Origin: a virus
Virus record (IMG/VR): IMGVR_UViG_3300029619_000004
Reading direction: 5' to 3' (one strand)
Length of the DNA: 60,995 nt
Shown here in pieces: positions 9,061-19,086 of the stretch. The notes under the pieces were generated by a model. That model was not told where the DNA came from, did no database searches, and saw only the letters and a list, made by a program, of their open reading frames with translations. Positions within the stretch are counted from its first letter, which is position 1, and the number at the start of each line of letters is the position of its first letter. A program made the translations under genes and the position numbers.

Positions 9061-9300
9061 TTATAAGTTTATCAATTCAATAAGCATTTTCTTTAAATCC
9101 TCACCGCTAAAGGAATCGGCATTTTGAATTCCTTTTTCTCCTGCTAACTTCTGCAAGTCTGCAGTTCTCATGCGGTTAATGTCTGTCTTTGTATATGTCT
9201 GATTTTCTGTTTTAACTTCCTTATCAGCATTTCCGTCTGGAACTTCTGTTCCTGCTGGATACCAAACACCGTTTTTATTTACGATATACGGATACTTCAT
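9061..9300 (-). CDS. small protein with Rho_N/SAP-like C-terminal motif
   Basis: C-terminal MRTADLQKLAGEKGI...LKKMLIELI resembles the Rho N-terminal helix-extended-helix motif. Confidence 0.45.
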   Translation of the reverse strand: MKYPYIVNKNGVWYPAGTEVPDGNADKEVKTENQTYTKTDINRMRTADLQKLAGEKGIQNADSFSGEDLKKMLIELINL

Positions 9301-9315
9301 CCTAGATACCTCCTA

Positions 9316-10386
9316 CTAAGCAGAATGTACTTCTATTACAAATGTTGAATCCATATTCTCATAAGAAGGAAGCACGATTTCTGAAGCTGTAACAGATGTG
9401 ATTGCAGGAGGACCGTATTCAACTTTCTTAGCAACTGCAATTCCCATACCATACATAGAAACATCTACATCAGCAACCTGTGAAGCTGTTCTTTCTTCTG
9501 GAGTAGTTCCAAACCAAGTATTGCCAAGAGAACCACTTGGTAGTAACGTAACCTTATTATCAGGGTAGAAATACTGTTCGTTTCCCTCATCGTCAATGTA
9601 CATCTTGTCGTAAAGAACAATAGTAAGTTTTGTTCTTGATTTTGTGATAGAGACAACATTATCATCTGTAAGTTCAATGTTTGCCGTTAAGTTCTGCGCA
9701 AGAATAGCATTTTTGACCTGTGCATTTTCTAACAGATAATTAAATGTGTTAGAGTTCATAAGCGCATAGGAAGCAATCTTTCCTAATTTTGCAAGTGTTT
9801 TTCTTGCATTATTAAGGTCAGTGAGTGGCTTGGAATTTGTAGTATCGCTCCACATAGCCGTGTCCTGCAATTTTAAGTAATGCTTCTTTGTGTATTCTCC
9901 GTTAGGGTCATAATCATACTCATACTTAACACCGTCAGATTCAATACCGATTGTAGGATGTCCATTTGTTGTTGATAGAAGAGACATTCTCATTCTTTCT
10001 GGCACGACTTCCGCTCCGCTCACAAGAGTATTAGTGTCATCATAAATACTCTGCAATACACCCTGCAAATACGGATCGTTTTCATCTTTGATTCTATCAA
10101 TTTCCTGTGCATCCTCTTCTGTGACAATCATCTGTTCACGGAAAAATGCCATCTGTGTTTTTTCTGTCTTTAATCCGCCCCTTGCTCTGATTGTTGGCAG
10201 CGCATCAAAATTAGACGGTTTCAGTGATACAGGGAGTCCCTTGTGTGTCTTAATCCACTTTAAATCAAGACCTGACTTTTTCTTCTCTGGAAACCACTGT
10301 AAACCAAGATAAGGAATTGTATTGCTTGCGTTTTCTGTAGCCGCAAGTGCAATAGCCTTTGTATTTACTACTTCATTTACTAGCAT
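9316..10386 (-). CDS. major capsid protein (lambda E-like arrangement)
   Basis: 356 aa. Follows the scaffold and a small decoration-like gene, the same order as lambda Nu3/D/E. Confidence 0.7.
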   Translation of the reverse strand: MLVNEVVNTKAIALAATENASNTIPYLGLQWFPEKKKSGLDLKWIKTHKGLPVSLKPSNFDALPTIRARGGLKTEKTQMAFFREQMIVTEEDAQEIDRIKDENDPYLQGVLQSIYDDTNTLVSGAEVVPERMRMSLLSTTNGHPTIGIESDGVKYEYDYDPNGEYTKKHYLKLQDTAMWSDTTNSKPLTDLNNARKTLAKLGKIASYALMNSNTFNYLLENAQVKNAILAQNLTANIELTDDNVVSITKSRTKLTIVLYDKMYIDDEGNEQYFYPDNKVTLLPSGSLGNTWFGTTPEERTASQVADVDVSMYGMGIAVAKKVEYGPPAITSVTASEIVLPSYENMDSTFVIEVHSA

Positions 10387-10405
10387 TATTTTTACCTCCT
10401 GTTAA

Positions 10406-10744
10406 TTATTCAAAAACAATCATTGGCAATGCCGTTTTTGCAACTGCCGCAATTTCAACGCCTGAATGTGTCTGCGCAATTGTTTTGTCAATATATGCCT
10501 TTTTAAGCAACGTTCCCTGTGGTCTATCTTCTGTAACGTCATGTAATAAGATTCCCACTACTGTAGCCGTGTTATCTGCTACTCCTGTAGAACCGATAGG
10601 GGTTCCTGCTTTTACAACCTTTTTACCGTTTGCCAGTTTTGTATCAACGCTTGTAAAATCAAGTGTCATAGGGATTCCTTCAAACGGCTTTCTTTTTAAG
10701 ATTTCAACATCGCCAGCGTATGTTGTCTGCTCAAACTGCATCAT
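10406..10744 (-). CDS. head decoration-like protein
   Basis: 112 aa, between the scaffold and capsid genes. Called on position only. Confidence 0.4.
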   Translation of the reverse strand: MMQFEQTTYAGDVEILKRKPFEGIPMTLDFTSVDTKLANGKKVVKAGTPIGSTGVADNTATVVGILLHDVTEDRPQGTLLKKAYIDKTIAQTHSGVEIAAVAKTALPMIVFE

Positions 10745-10745
10745 C

Positions 10746-11321
10746 TTAGTTACCTCCTACATAGTGTGATAAAATATCATTGTTCTGTTTCTGACCGCCG
10801 TATAACTTTTCAACAAGTTTTTCAGCAGTAGTCTTATTTTCATTTTCTTTGCCAGCCATGCCACCGCCTGGATTAGTAGAATTGTTTGCAATCTCCTGTT
10901 CCTTTGCCTGTGCCGCTGCGGTCTCTTTTTCGGACATAATCTTTCCAAGTTCGGCTGTATCAAAGCTGCCATCTTCTTTTACAATTGTTTTTGCCTGTTC
11001 TGCGGTTACTTTGAAATCGGTCATAGCCTTTTCACGCAAATCTCTAATAGCATTTTTTTTCTGCAATTCTGCGATCTGCTGATTAGCTGTGTCTAATGCC
11101 TTATTTGCCTTTTCAAGCTCTGTCAGATTTCCAGCTTCCAATTCATCCAGCTTTCTCTGCAATTCATCCGCATTATCAGCCTTTGCCTTATACTGGTCTG
11201 CCTTATCTTTCTCCTTTTTGGTTTCGCCATTGACCTGATTCAGATAATTGCTTACCTGTTCATCCGTAGGCTCTGCCACTCCGATAGCAATAAGATTCTG
11301 TTTTGCCTGTTCTCTTGTCAT
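10746..11321 (-). CDS. scaffolding protein
   Basis: Charged coiled-coil protein rich in K/E/A/Q, between the portal and capsid genes. Confidence 0.6.
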   Translation of the reverse strand: MTREQAKQNLIAIGVAEPTDEQVSNYLNQVNGETKKEKDKADQYKAKADNADELQRKLDELEAGNLTELEKANKALDTANQQIAELQKKNAIRDLREKAMTDFKVTAEQAKTIVKEDGSFDTAELGKIMSEKETAAAQAKEQEIANNSTNPGGGMAGKENENKTTAEKLVEKLYGGQKQNNDILSHYVGGN

Positions 11322-11425
11322 AAATTACCTCCGATTCACTACGCTTTTTTACGTTGGTTGCTCAACCTGTGATTTCTCCTATTTACCGCATAGGTGCAAT
11401 TTTATAAAATAAAAACAACTACCGA

Positions 11426-12862
11426 TTATTCCCCGGTAGTTGCCTTATTCTGCTGATTGTTTAATTTTTCCATAACTTCCTGTGCTTTCTTTTCTTTTGC
11501 TTTGACATTATCAATGGTTTTCCATAATACATCAAAGTACGGTTTAGAAACTAAATAAGTTTTTTCCGCATCTCCCCAAAGTCCAACTGTTTTTACAGCA
11601 ACAAGTGGGTGTATGCCTGCCTGTAATAACTGATATAAGGTCTGTGCCTTAGTATACATGTTATCCTGTGGACTATGGTTTATTTGTACTTCAAAATCCC
11701 TCATAGAAAGACCCAAATCATGGTCTTTTATGCGGATAGCATTTAAAACCAGCTTTGCAAGGCGTTTTTCTGCTGTTTTTACAATTGGGTCTTTTAGCTT
11801 CGCTCTGGATTTTGAAAAATCCCATCCGTTTCTTAGTTGCACTGCCCCTTGTGTATCGCCGCCTGTATTACTCTGCTTATTTGGAATTGCCAGAATAGAT
11901 AAGGCATTATCAATCAAATCTTCTTTAGCAACTTGACATTGCGTCTGGTTCAATTCCTGCGTCATAACATCAACATCACTCTTGTTATCCTTGTTAATGG
12001 ATTTTACTACAAGAGCGTGGTTTATTTTCATTTTTTTAAATTCTTCTTCGTCAATCTCACAATTTACGAATTTTATCCACGCCTGCACAAATTGCTCTAT
12101 GCCGTCCATTCTGTTAGACTGCATATTGTTCACAGCGTCCATTATATCTATTACCAATTCGATATCTGATAATCTGGATGGGTTATTTGGGTATTCCACT
12201 ATAGGAATACTTCCAAAAGCGTGTACTTTCCAGTCCTGCACATTGCTATTTACAATCTTGCATTCATGGGAATCTGTGTAGCATTGTTTATACCAGTTCC
12301 CCTCAATGTCTTTTAATTCCTGCACTGCAAGAATCGGCTCTCTCGTTGAGCGGTTGTAAATAATAAAAGTATTCATAGGGCTGGGTACTACAATTCTGAA
12401 CGGTATATCTCCATTAGCAAACTGCACCGCTTTAAATGATGTTCCAGTTGCCGACTGCCATTCTCCAGCTTCTATATCTTTTTCCTGCTTATTAGCATCC
12501 ACAAGATAATCATTCAACTCATCAACTGCATTGTTGGTTTCATCATCATCCTTGCGACTGATATACTGGACAGGCTCGCCATATGTCTGGGCGACCTTGA
12601 ATTGCACCCATTCGTAAGAGTGGTTCTCGCAAATTTTATTGATAATATCCTCATTGGATATCTTTACACGGTATCTGATAGGTTGGTCACCTTTGTAATA
12701 ATTCCAAAGGTACTCTATAGCCATTTTGTTAAAGTAAAAGGCTCCAATGCACTGACCAATGACTTTTACAATGTTGTCTTGTGTAATAGTCTCAACATCT
12801 GTATATGCAATTTTTCGACCATAACATCCCTTGACCAGCTCTTGAAAAGTCCTGTTGTTCAT
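11426..12862 (-). CDS. portal protein
   Basis: 478 aa, SPP1-type portal-like N-terminal pattern (WNYYKGDQPI), located in the packaging/head module downstream of terL. Confidence 0.8.
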   Translation of the reverse strand: MNNRTFQELVKGCYGRKIAYTDVETITQDNIVKVIGQCIGAFYFNKMAIEYLWNYYKGDQPIRYRVKISNEDIINKICENHSYEWVQFKVAQTYGEPVQYISRKDDDETNNAVDELNDYLVDANKQEKDIEAGEWQSATGTSFKAVQFANGDIPFRIVVPSPMNTFIIYNRSTREPILAVQELKDIEGNWYKQCYTDSHECKIVNSNVQDWKVHAFGSIPIVEYPNNPSRLSDIELVIDIMDAVNNMQSNRMDGIEQFVQAWIKFVNCEIDEEEFKKMKINHALVVKSINKDNKSDVDVMTQELNQTQCQVAKEDLIDNALSILAIPNKQSNTGGDTQGAVQLRNGWDFSKSRAKLKDPIVKTAEKRLAKLVLNAIRIKDHDLGLSMRDFEVQINHSPQDNMYTKAQTLYQLLQAGIHPLVAVKTVGLWGDAEKTYLVSKPYFDVLWKTIDNVKAKEKKAQEVMEKLNNQQNKATTGE

Positions 12863-12871
12863 TGCTTCTCC

Positions 12872-13066
12872 TTATACAAAACAAACGCCGCTAGAAGTGG
12901 CTCTTTGTGGTAATCTCTTTGTTTCTGTCTCTCCTGTGTCATAGTGGTATATGATTCTCTTTTCACATTTGCGGCACTTACAGATTGTATTTGTCTGTGA
13001 CCGCATATCATGCCTGCCTACCGTTCTATGACATATAGGGCAGTATATTGTTTTTGATTCTGTCAA
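12872..13066 (-). CDS. zinc-ribbon protein
   Basis: CPIC...CKCRKC motifs. TTG start with a GGGGGA RBS. Confidence 0.45.
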   Translation of the reverse strand: MTESKTIYCPICHRTVGRHDMRSQTNTICKCRKCEKRIIYHYDTGETETKRLPQRATSSGVCFV

Positions 13067-13089
13067 AATAAATCCCCCTTTTATGCATT

Positions 13090-13116
13090 AAAAAAGCACC
13101 GTCATAAAGACGATGC
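13090..13116 (-). terminator. intrinsic terminator after terL/sigma-like unit
   Basis: Minus RNA GCAUCGUC-UUUAU-GACGGUGC (8 bp) is followed by UUUUUU. Confidence 0.6.
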
Positions 13117-13203
13117 CTTTTGAGAGAGGTGTGAAAACTTATTGATTTGGTCTTTAACCATTTTAATAATACCACGCTGTATATAGGACATTCTAGGACA
13201 ACA

Positions 13204-13632
13204 TCATAATCCAATATACTGTTCACCATATTTTTTTTCAAATTCCTTTAATGCCCTGCCATGAAGCCTTGTAATATTGCGAAAAGAATAGTTCATTTCC
13301 GTTGCGATTACTTCAAAAGTCTTTTTCTCAATATATCTGGCAAACAGAATATTATATACATTTTCATCATCCATGCTGTCAATTTGACTTATGATTACAT
13401 TTTTCTTTTCAACGTAACCGTCTATCATTCTATCCAGTTCTTTTTCCATTTCATCTATTTTGGAAAATGTAACTCCCATTCTGTCTGGATCAGGGGAAGT
13501 TTTTACACGTTCATCATTCTGTATAGCAGTAACATTGCACGTCATTTCCCTTAATTGCTGTATTTCCACCAACTTATTATTAATCGTCCTGTTAAGTCTG
13601 CTTATTTGGTTAAGATATTCTCTTGTCTGCAT
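13204..13632 (-). CDS. sigma-70 region-4-like / ArpU-DUF1492-type late regulator candidate
   Basis: C-terminal FARYIEKKTFEVIATEMNYSFRNITRLHGRALKEF resembles a sigma r4 HTH. GGAGG RBS lies ahead of ATG 13632. Confidence 0.4.
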   Translation of the reverse strand: MQTREYLNQISRLNRTINNKLVEIQQLREMTCNVTAIQNDERVKTSPDPDRMGVTFSKIDEMEKELDRMIDGYVEKKNVIISQIDSMDDENVYNILFARYIEKKTFEVIATEMNYSFRNITRLHGRALKEFEKKYGEQYIGL

Positions 13633-13669
13633 CCTTAATACCTCCACGTTTGATAATATATTTAATTAC

Positions 13670-15385
13670 TTAATACCTCCTAAATGGGTTGTGGGCTGCT
13701 TCGGCTTTTGCCACTAAATTTTTATCTGTTACAAAAAGGCAAAAGTTTGCAAGACCATCTGGTACATCATCATGGTCATTTTTACCGACTACCGAATAAG
13801 TCATTAGCCATGTCATCATTATTCCGTAATCGTCTTTAGGCTTATAGTTCTCTGCTGTTTTAAATAAAACATGTTTTTTAACCCAATCTGCATTAACAAT
13901 AATTCTTGTTTCCTTATTTGTCTCTGTCGGCTTGTCTGTAATATTACATCGTCCACCCATTTTTTCTACTCTTTGTGCAACCTCATAAGATACTCTGTCA
14001 CCGCCTGAGTTGCTTTCGAACTCACACTGTTGCATTTTATGTTCAATAATGATATTGGATAGCCTGCCATATTGTATGCCGTAATCTGTATTGTCATCAC
14101 AAATGCAGTCAACAAGATAAAAATCATCTTCATATTGATACATGCAAGGTAGAAACATAAAATCTGTTCCTTTGTTTTTAACATCGCATATGCCAAGTAT
14201 TGCATCTGGTTCTCTAAGTGGCATTGTTACAAATCTTCTAATATCATCACTGTGGTAAAGCAGTCCTTCACGTTCAATCGGCTCATTCTTATAAAGGCAA
14301 CGATATGAAATGTCATCCATTGTAAGCTCTTGATCGTGGAAAAACTCAACCGACATTCCATTGTATTTATAATCGAAATTGCTTTTTCCTGTAACTGGGT
14401 CAATATCAGGAATTGCAATAAAACGTACCCTGTTGCTTTTTTCATATGTTCTTTGTAGCCTGCCTATAACATCATGCACGCTCCATCGTGTAGCAATGTG
14501 AATTTCCTTAACTTGCTGATTAAGTTTTCTTTGTCTTGCATCAGTACCGTAAATTCTCCACAACTTATCAAGTGATTTTTTATTTAATGCTTCTTCGATG
14601 CCACTTATTAAGTCATCACAGTACAAATATCTGTTGCATCGAACCTTACCAGCATTTTTACTGCCTACAGAAGTACATTGAATATTTGAAAATGCTTTTG
14701 GCTTGTCAAAATTGATACGCTGTCTTTTTGCGTCTGTATTTTGCAATTTTACATTTGGAAAAATTTCACTCCATGTGTATTCCTCGGCATTTGTAGTAAT
14801 ATCAAGTACTCCATCATAGAACATTCTTGTAATATCATCAGAATGTGAGAAAAACAAACTATAATCTTTTGGGTGTCTGCCAATTATCCAAGAACAAAAG
14901 AATTTTTCAAGAGTAGTCTTTTGTGTTCCAGGTGGCATTGATATTGACAAAAGGTCAAGTTTATCATCCTCTAAGTCCTGCATAGCTTGAATAAGTCCAT
15001 GCTTATTAAGCTGCTTCATTTTTGGTTGATAAAATCTTTCGCTTTCTTCTCTGTTTTTTTCAAGATAAAGCAAATAGCTGTGAAACAAATGCGGTGCTTC
15101 CAAAAGCAAAACTTCATAGTATTTGTTAATCAATTCATAGCTTTGTTCATGCTCAAATGCATATTCTTCTAAATCAAAAATCGTGCCGCCTGAATTTTTT
15201 ACACAGAATTGCTCTATAATCTCTTTTGCACGTTTCGTTATCTGCAATCCGTATGGAATGTCTTTTTCTGTCTTGATCGCAACTGTGGAAGCATCAACAT
15301 ATGCATTTATGACCTGTTCATCAATCCCATGCGCCTGTATGTAATTTTCATAGTTTTTTACGGCATTCTGTAATTCTAAAGACAA
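13670..15385 (-). CDS. terL: terminase large subunit
   Basis: 571 aa with a Walker A-like PPGTQKTT, a Walker B-like YLYCDDL and a C-terminal acidic nuclease-type region. It precedes the portal gene. Confidence 0.8.
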   Translation of the reverse strand: MSLELQNAVKNYENYIQAHGIDEQVINAYVDASTVAIKTEKDIPYGLQITKRAKEIIEQFCVKNSGGTIFDLEEYAFEHEQSYELINKYYEVLLLEAPHLFHSYLLYLEKNREESERFYQPKMKQLNKHGLIQAMQDLEDDKLDLLSISMPPGTQKTTLEKFFCSWIIGRHPKDYSLFFSHSDDITRMFYDGVLDITTNAEEYTWSEIFPNVKLQNTDAKRQRINFDKPKAFSNIQCTSVGSKNAGKVRCNRYLYCDDLISGIEEALNKKSLDKLWRIYGTDARQRKLNQQVKEIHIATRWSVHDVIGRLQRTYEKSNRVRFIAIPDIDPVTGKSNFDYKYNGMSVEFFHDQELTMDDISYRCLYKNEPIEREGLLYHSDDIRRFVTMPLREPDAILGICDVKNKGTDFMFLPCMYQYEDDFYLVDCICDDNTDYGIQYGRLSNIIIEHKMQQCEFESNSGGDRVSYEVAQRVEKMGGRCNITDKPTETNKETRIIVNADWVKKHVLFKTAENYKPKDDYGIMMTWLMTYSVVGKNDHDDVPDGLANFCLFVTDKNLVAKAEAAHNPFRRY

Positions 15386-15481
15386 AAAAAGGACACCTCC
15401 GCATAGCAGAAGTGCCTTGACCTCTGCCTATAACTGTTTTAGGTTAGCGACTAACTCCATTTGTTAGCCGGTAATATCGTT

Positions 15482-15673
15482 TTAGCTGCAATATACTGTT
15501 TTGTGGCACAATGGACATTCAGCTTTCCATTCGTCACCTTCAATCTGGCATCCGCAATATTCATATTCTCCCTTATCCGCTTCAAATATGGTCTTGCATT
15601 CCTTACACTCAAAGCGAATAGTTTTCTTAGCAAGTTCTAGATTGCCCTCTCTAATTATCTTCATTCTTTCCAC
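15482..15673 (-). CDS. zinc-ribbon protein
   Basis: Carries CKECK...CPLC motifs. Confidence 0.45.
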   Translation of the reverse strand: MERMKIIREGNLELAKKTIRFECKECKTIFEADKGEYEYCGCQIEGDEWKAECPLCHKTVYCS

Positions 15674-16076
15674 CGTCCATTAAAACAACATGTGTTACTT
15701 TCCCAGTTTTTGTTACTTGGTCTACTTCCAGTTTTGTCTGAAGCTTATCAATATGCATATCAATATTTGTCATATGCCTAATTTGCTTATCCCCGACACA
15801 CAAACTTGTACTGCCGTCCTCATACTGTAAAAGTAATAATTTAATCTTTTTGCTTTCCTGCATTTTTGACTTTATCGTTATATCTCTGATAATCACAAGC
15901 AAAATAACCGCTATCCAATAGCACGCATATGCTATTTTGCCTAAAAAAACATAAAAAATTGCTCCTATTACGCAAGCAACAAAGCAAATAGCAATTATTC
16001 TGGCATATTCAATTAATGTCTTTGCTACAATTTTAAGTATTCTTTTCATTCCCCATAAATCTCCTTGTTTCTTCAT
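15651..16076 (-). CDS. membrane protein
   Basis: Two long hydrophobic helices in the N-terminal half. Confidence 0.45.
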   Translation of the reverse strand: MKKQGDLWGMKRILKIVAKTLIEYARIIAICFVACVIGAIFYVFLGKIAYACYWIAVILLVIIRDITIKSKMQESKKIKLLLLQYEDGSTSLCVGDKQIRHMTNIDMHIDKLQTKLEVDQVTKTGKVTHVVLMDGGKNEDN

Positions 16077-16248
16077 TTATTTTAGAACAACTAGCAAAAT
16101 TCATTTCAATATGGCTTTGTGGCAGTCTGCCAAACTTTTCCAAAGCATATTTTTCTACCACTTCTCTTGAAATATCTATTCCAAAATTTATCATCGCTTC
16201 TTTAGATGGTGGTTGATACTCTGACAAAGGATTATCAATGTTCTTCAT
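16033..16248 (-). CDS. hypothetical protein
   Basis: Minus-strand ORF that overlaps its neighbours in operon style. Confidence 0.4.
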   Translation of the reverse strand: MKNIDNPLSEYQPPSKEAMINFGIDISREVVEKYALEKFGRLPQSHIEMNFASCSKINEETRRFMGNEKNT

Positions 16249-16405
16249 TCCTCATAAACCTCTCAAAATCTTCCATACACTTAGTGCACAAGTCGTATGT
16301 GGTATTTAAAATACCATTCCTTGTAACAGAATTTCCGCACAGTATTCCTTTTTTAATTTCCACACCGCACCTATCGCAAGTGTGCCATTCTTTTTGATGT
16401 TTCAT
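16235..16405 (-). CDS. 56-aa zinc-ribbon protein (below ORF-track cutoff)
   Basis: Hand translation gives MKHQKEWHTCDRCGVEIKKG...LCTKCMEDFERFMRNEEH. The stop overlaps the next ATG. Confidence 0.4.
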   Translation of the reverse strand: MKHQKEWHTCDRCGVEIKKGILCGNSVTRNGILNTTYDLCTKCMEDFERFMRNEEH

Positions 16406-16673
16406 ATAAAAGCCCTCACTTACAAATCAAGTTTATTCAAATAATCTGTCCCGCTATTTTTAAGTGCCTTGCTAATTTCGTTAATCATATTAGCCATTGC
16501 CTGTTCGACTTCCTTTATCTTTTCAACTCTTCCACCTCATTGTAATGATAAATATCTTTTCTGCCAAACACTTGCATTTACAACTATTGATGTTGTATCA
16601 TAAAAGTTGACAGCCTATTCTCAAGGATTTTGATATATAATCATAATCAATACGAGAACAGGAGAAACAACCT

Positions 16674-17015
16674 ATGGCACAGAACCAAAAATCTTATGAC
16701 AACGAATTTAAAGCACAGGCGGTAAAGCTTGCACAGGAAATTGGCGGGCATAAAGCAGCTAACGAATTAGGTATCCCTAAAGGTACTATGTACACATGGA
16801 TCAAAGCATTTAAGGAAGGCCGCCTCAGTGCAAATGAAGCAGTTCATACCCCCAAGAATGCTTTATCCCTTAATGATGAGCTTATCGAACTCAGGAAACG
16901 TGTTAAAGAGCAGGATAAGGAAATACGCCGTTTAAAGGAAGAAAACGAATTTCTTGAGGAAGCAAGTGCTTTTTTCGCAGCCAGCCGTCGGAAGTCAGCA
17001 AAAAACAGAGATTAA
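16674..17015 (+). CDS. IS3-family transposase OrfA (HTH)
   Basis: YDNEFKAQAVKL...GIPKGTMYTWIK HTH plus a leucine-zipper-like tail. The slippery A_AAA_AAC lies near its 3' end. Confidence 0.85.
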   Translation: MAQNQKSYDNEFKAQAVKLAQEIGGHKAANELGIPKGTMYTWIKAFKEGRLSANEAVHTPKNALSLNDELIELRKRVKEQDKEIRRLKEENEFLEEASAFFAASRRKSAKNRD

Positions 17016-17920
17016 TGTTTATTGCAATTAAAACGGATGACGGCAGGATTAAGGGCAAAATTTCTTTTTATTGTAAAGTGCTTCATGTTTCCAGACAGGC
17101 ATTTAACAAATACCTAAAAACAAAAGATGCTCCTTGGAAATATCAGGCACTGGCAGATGCGATGATTGATATATGTAGTGAGGATGAATGCAACGACACG
17201 TATGGAAGAATCCGTATGTATCAGGCATTACAGCTAAAACATCCTGAAGATGTACACATTCCCGGTGAAAGAACTGTTTATCGTATCATGGAAGAACTTG
17301 GTCTTAATCATAAGCCGAAACGCAAGCCCAACGGCATTACAAAAGCTGATAAAGAAGCCCGTAAATCAGATGATTTAATCAAACGAGATTTCTCAGCCCA
17401 AAAACCTCTTGAAAAATGTATTACAGACATGACCGAAATAAAAGCTTCCGATGGAAAACTGTATGTTTCAGCTATCTTTGACTGCTACGATCTGGCAGTG
17501 CTGGGGCTTGCTATGGATACAAATATGAAGGCTACCCTTTGTGAGCGAACTTTAGATAATGCTTACAAGGCATATCCTATGCTTCGTGGAGCTGTTCTTC
17601 ACAGTGACAGAGGCACACAGTACACAAGCGAGTTATATCGTAAAGCAATCAATAAATATGGTATTCTTCAGAGCATGAACAGTGCCGGTGGCAGATGCCA
17701 TGACAATGCCAGATGTGAAAGCATGTGGGCACGCTTCAAAGAGGAATTACTTTATGGGCGTTATGACACCACCACAATGACTGTAGAACAGTTAAAAACC
17801 CTCATCTGGAGATACTTCATCAGCTATTGGAATAACCGGAGGATTTGCTCTGCTAACGGGGGGTTACCTCCGATGGTTAAGCGACAGCAATACTATGCTT
17901 CACTACAGGAGGCTGCATAA
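17015..17920 (+). CDS. IS3-family transposase OrfB (DDE/rve catalytic domain)
   Basis: Lies in the -1 frame relative to OrfA. The DMTEI, HSDRGTQYTS and ESMWARFKEE motifs fit a DDE triad. Confidence 0.85.
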   Translation: MFIAIKTDDGRIKGKISFYCKVLHVSRQAFNKYLKTKDAPWKYQALADAMIDICSEDECNDTYGRIRMYQALQLKHPEDVHIPGERTVYRIMEELGLNHKPKRKPNGITKADKEARKSDDLIKRDFSAQKPLEKCITDMTEIKASDGKLYVSAIFDCYDLAVLGLAMDTNMKATLCERTLDNAYKAYPMLRGAVLHSDRGTQYTSELYRKAINKYGILQSMNSAGGRCHDNARCESMWARFKEELLYGRYDTTTMTVEQLKTLIWRYFISYWNNRRICSANGGLPPMVKRQQYYASLQEAA

Positions 17921-18015
17921 GGTCGAACATTCTTGAGAATAAAGTGTAAACCAATATTGACAATATCATATACTATTGTGGACATCTTTCTGTGTAACCA
18001 TCATTCTGCCGCCTT

Positions 18016-18387
18016 TCAAACCAATCCGTACATATACAGAATATCAAGTGGTGTTATTCTATCTCGTTTAAAAGAATTTCTTGAAATATAATTTGCCAAC
18101 TCTCCATCTTTCCATCCGTCCGTACTTGTCATAGAATCATAAATCTGTTTATATTCTCCGGTCAGTTTGTCAAATTCAAACCATCCCAAGTCAAGTGTCA
18201 CTCCGTAATCATAAAATCCCCTGTCACACCACTTTCTGACATAATACATTAACTGCTTATATGAGAATCCAAGCCTTTCAAAAATATTCCCAATAGTTCT
18301 TATGCTCAATTCACGGTCACTCGAACGCAATTTTCTTTTCTGTTCATTCACGCAAGCTCTAAAAAATATTTCTTCTAATGGCTTCAT
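18016..18387 (-). CDS. hypothetical protein
   Basis: Compact 123-aa minus-strand ORF in the operon. Confidence 0.5.
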   Translation of the reverse strand: MKPLEEIFFRACVNEQKRKLRSSDRELSIRTIGNIFERLGFSYKQLMYYVRKWCDRGFYDYGVTLDLGWFEFDKLTGEYKQIYDSMTSTDGWKDGELANYISRNSFKRDRITPLDILYMYGLV

Positions 18388-18402
18388 TCTTCCACCAGCT
18401 TT

Positions 18403-18612
18403 CTACATTTCTGATATATCCTTTATTTCACCATTCGGCAGTTTTACCTTAACTTCGCTCGCAACTACCTTTATTGTAATTTCCTTTGCCATGTCTTTTG
18501 AGTAGATACCTGATATATTATCAATACTTGTCGCTCCTTTTACAATTTCTCCATCAAGTGATAATGTAATAAATTTTCCACTTGAGTTGTCAAGTAATGC
18601 TTCTTTAACCAT
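18403..18612 (-). CDS. hypothetical protein
   Basis: Compact minus-strand ORF. Confidence 0.45.
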   Translation of the reverse strand: MVKEALLDNSSGKFITLSLDGEIVKGATSIDNISGIYSKDMAKEITIKVVASEVKVKLPNGEIKDISEM

Positions 18613-18626
18613 CTTCCGCCAGCTTT

Positions 18627-18929
18627 CTAAACACCATTCATAAACATATTTCCAAAATGCAAATCATTTAGTGCTTTTTCTAATTCGTCTTTGTACCGAA
18701 ATGGACTTAAAGGACTTGTTATTTCTTCTCTCAATATAGGTGACATATTGTCTATCAAGATACCTTGTGTAGCACTTGCAAGATTTTGCGGTGGCAAATC
18801 TGCTAAAGCGCATAACTCCATTCTTTTATGGTCACATTTTTCAGATTTTGGGCAACTTTTACATTTTTCTGCTAATTTGCTTAAAGGTTCTGCCATTACT
18901 ACACCAACTTTCTGCCGCAGATAGGGCAA
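18627..18929 (-). CDS. hypothetical protein
   Basis: Compact minus-strand ORF with a CKSCPKSEKC motif. Confidence 0.45.
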   Translation of the reverse strand: MPYLRQKVGVVMAEPLSKLAEKCKSCPKSEKCDHKRMELCALADLPPQNLASATQGILIDNMSPILREEITSPLSPFRYKDELEKALNDLHFGNMFMNGV

Positions 18930-19084
18930 TAGTTAATCTCAAATGCTCCTTCTCCGTATTCATCAGCGCTATTGTCATAGCGAAGTGAATATGAGTAGCC
19001 AAAATTATTTTTTACTATATGAGCATTTCCATACGTGAAGCCGCTTTCAATCCTTTTCTCTCTGCCATCGCAAAATTCACACAT
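18899..19084 (-). CDS. zinc-ribbon protein
   Basis: Carries CEFCDG...CPICG motifs. Confidence 0.45.
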   Translation of the reverse strand: MCEFCDGREKRIESGFTYGNAHIVKNNFGYSYSLRYDNSADEYGEGAFEINYCPICGRKLV

Positions 19085-19086
19085 TC

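Larger units (their letters stand above)
16588..17968 (+). mobile_element. IS3-family insertion sequence (1381 bp) with 3-bp TAT target duplication
   Basis: Imperfect terminal inverted repeats TGATGTTGT.../...ACAATATCA with inner TATTCTCAAG matches. TAT flanks both ends. It has orfA/orfB with a -1 frame offset. Confidence 0.85.

Noticed and set aside
13026-13241. 71-aa minus-strand ORF between the sigma-like and zinc-ribbon genes
   Set aside because: It overlaps both neighbours and runs straight through a strong intrinsic terminator (13090-13116). It has no RBS.
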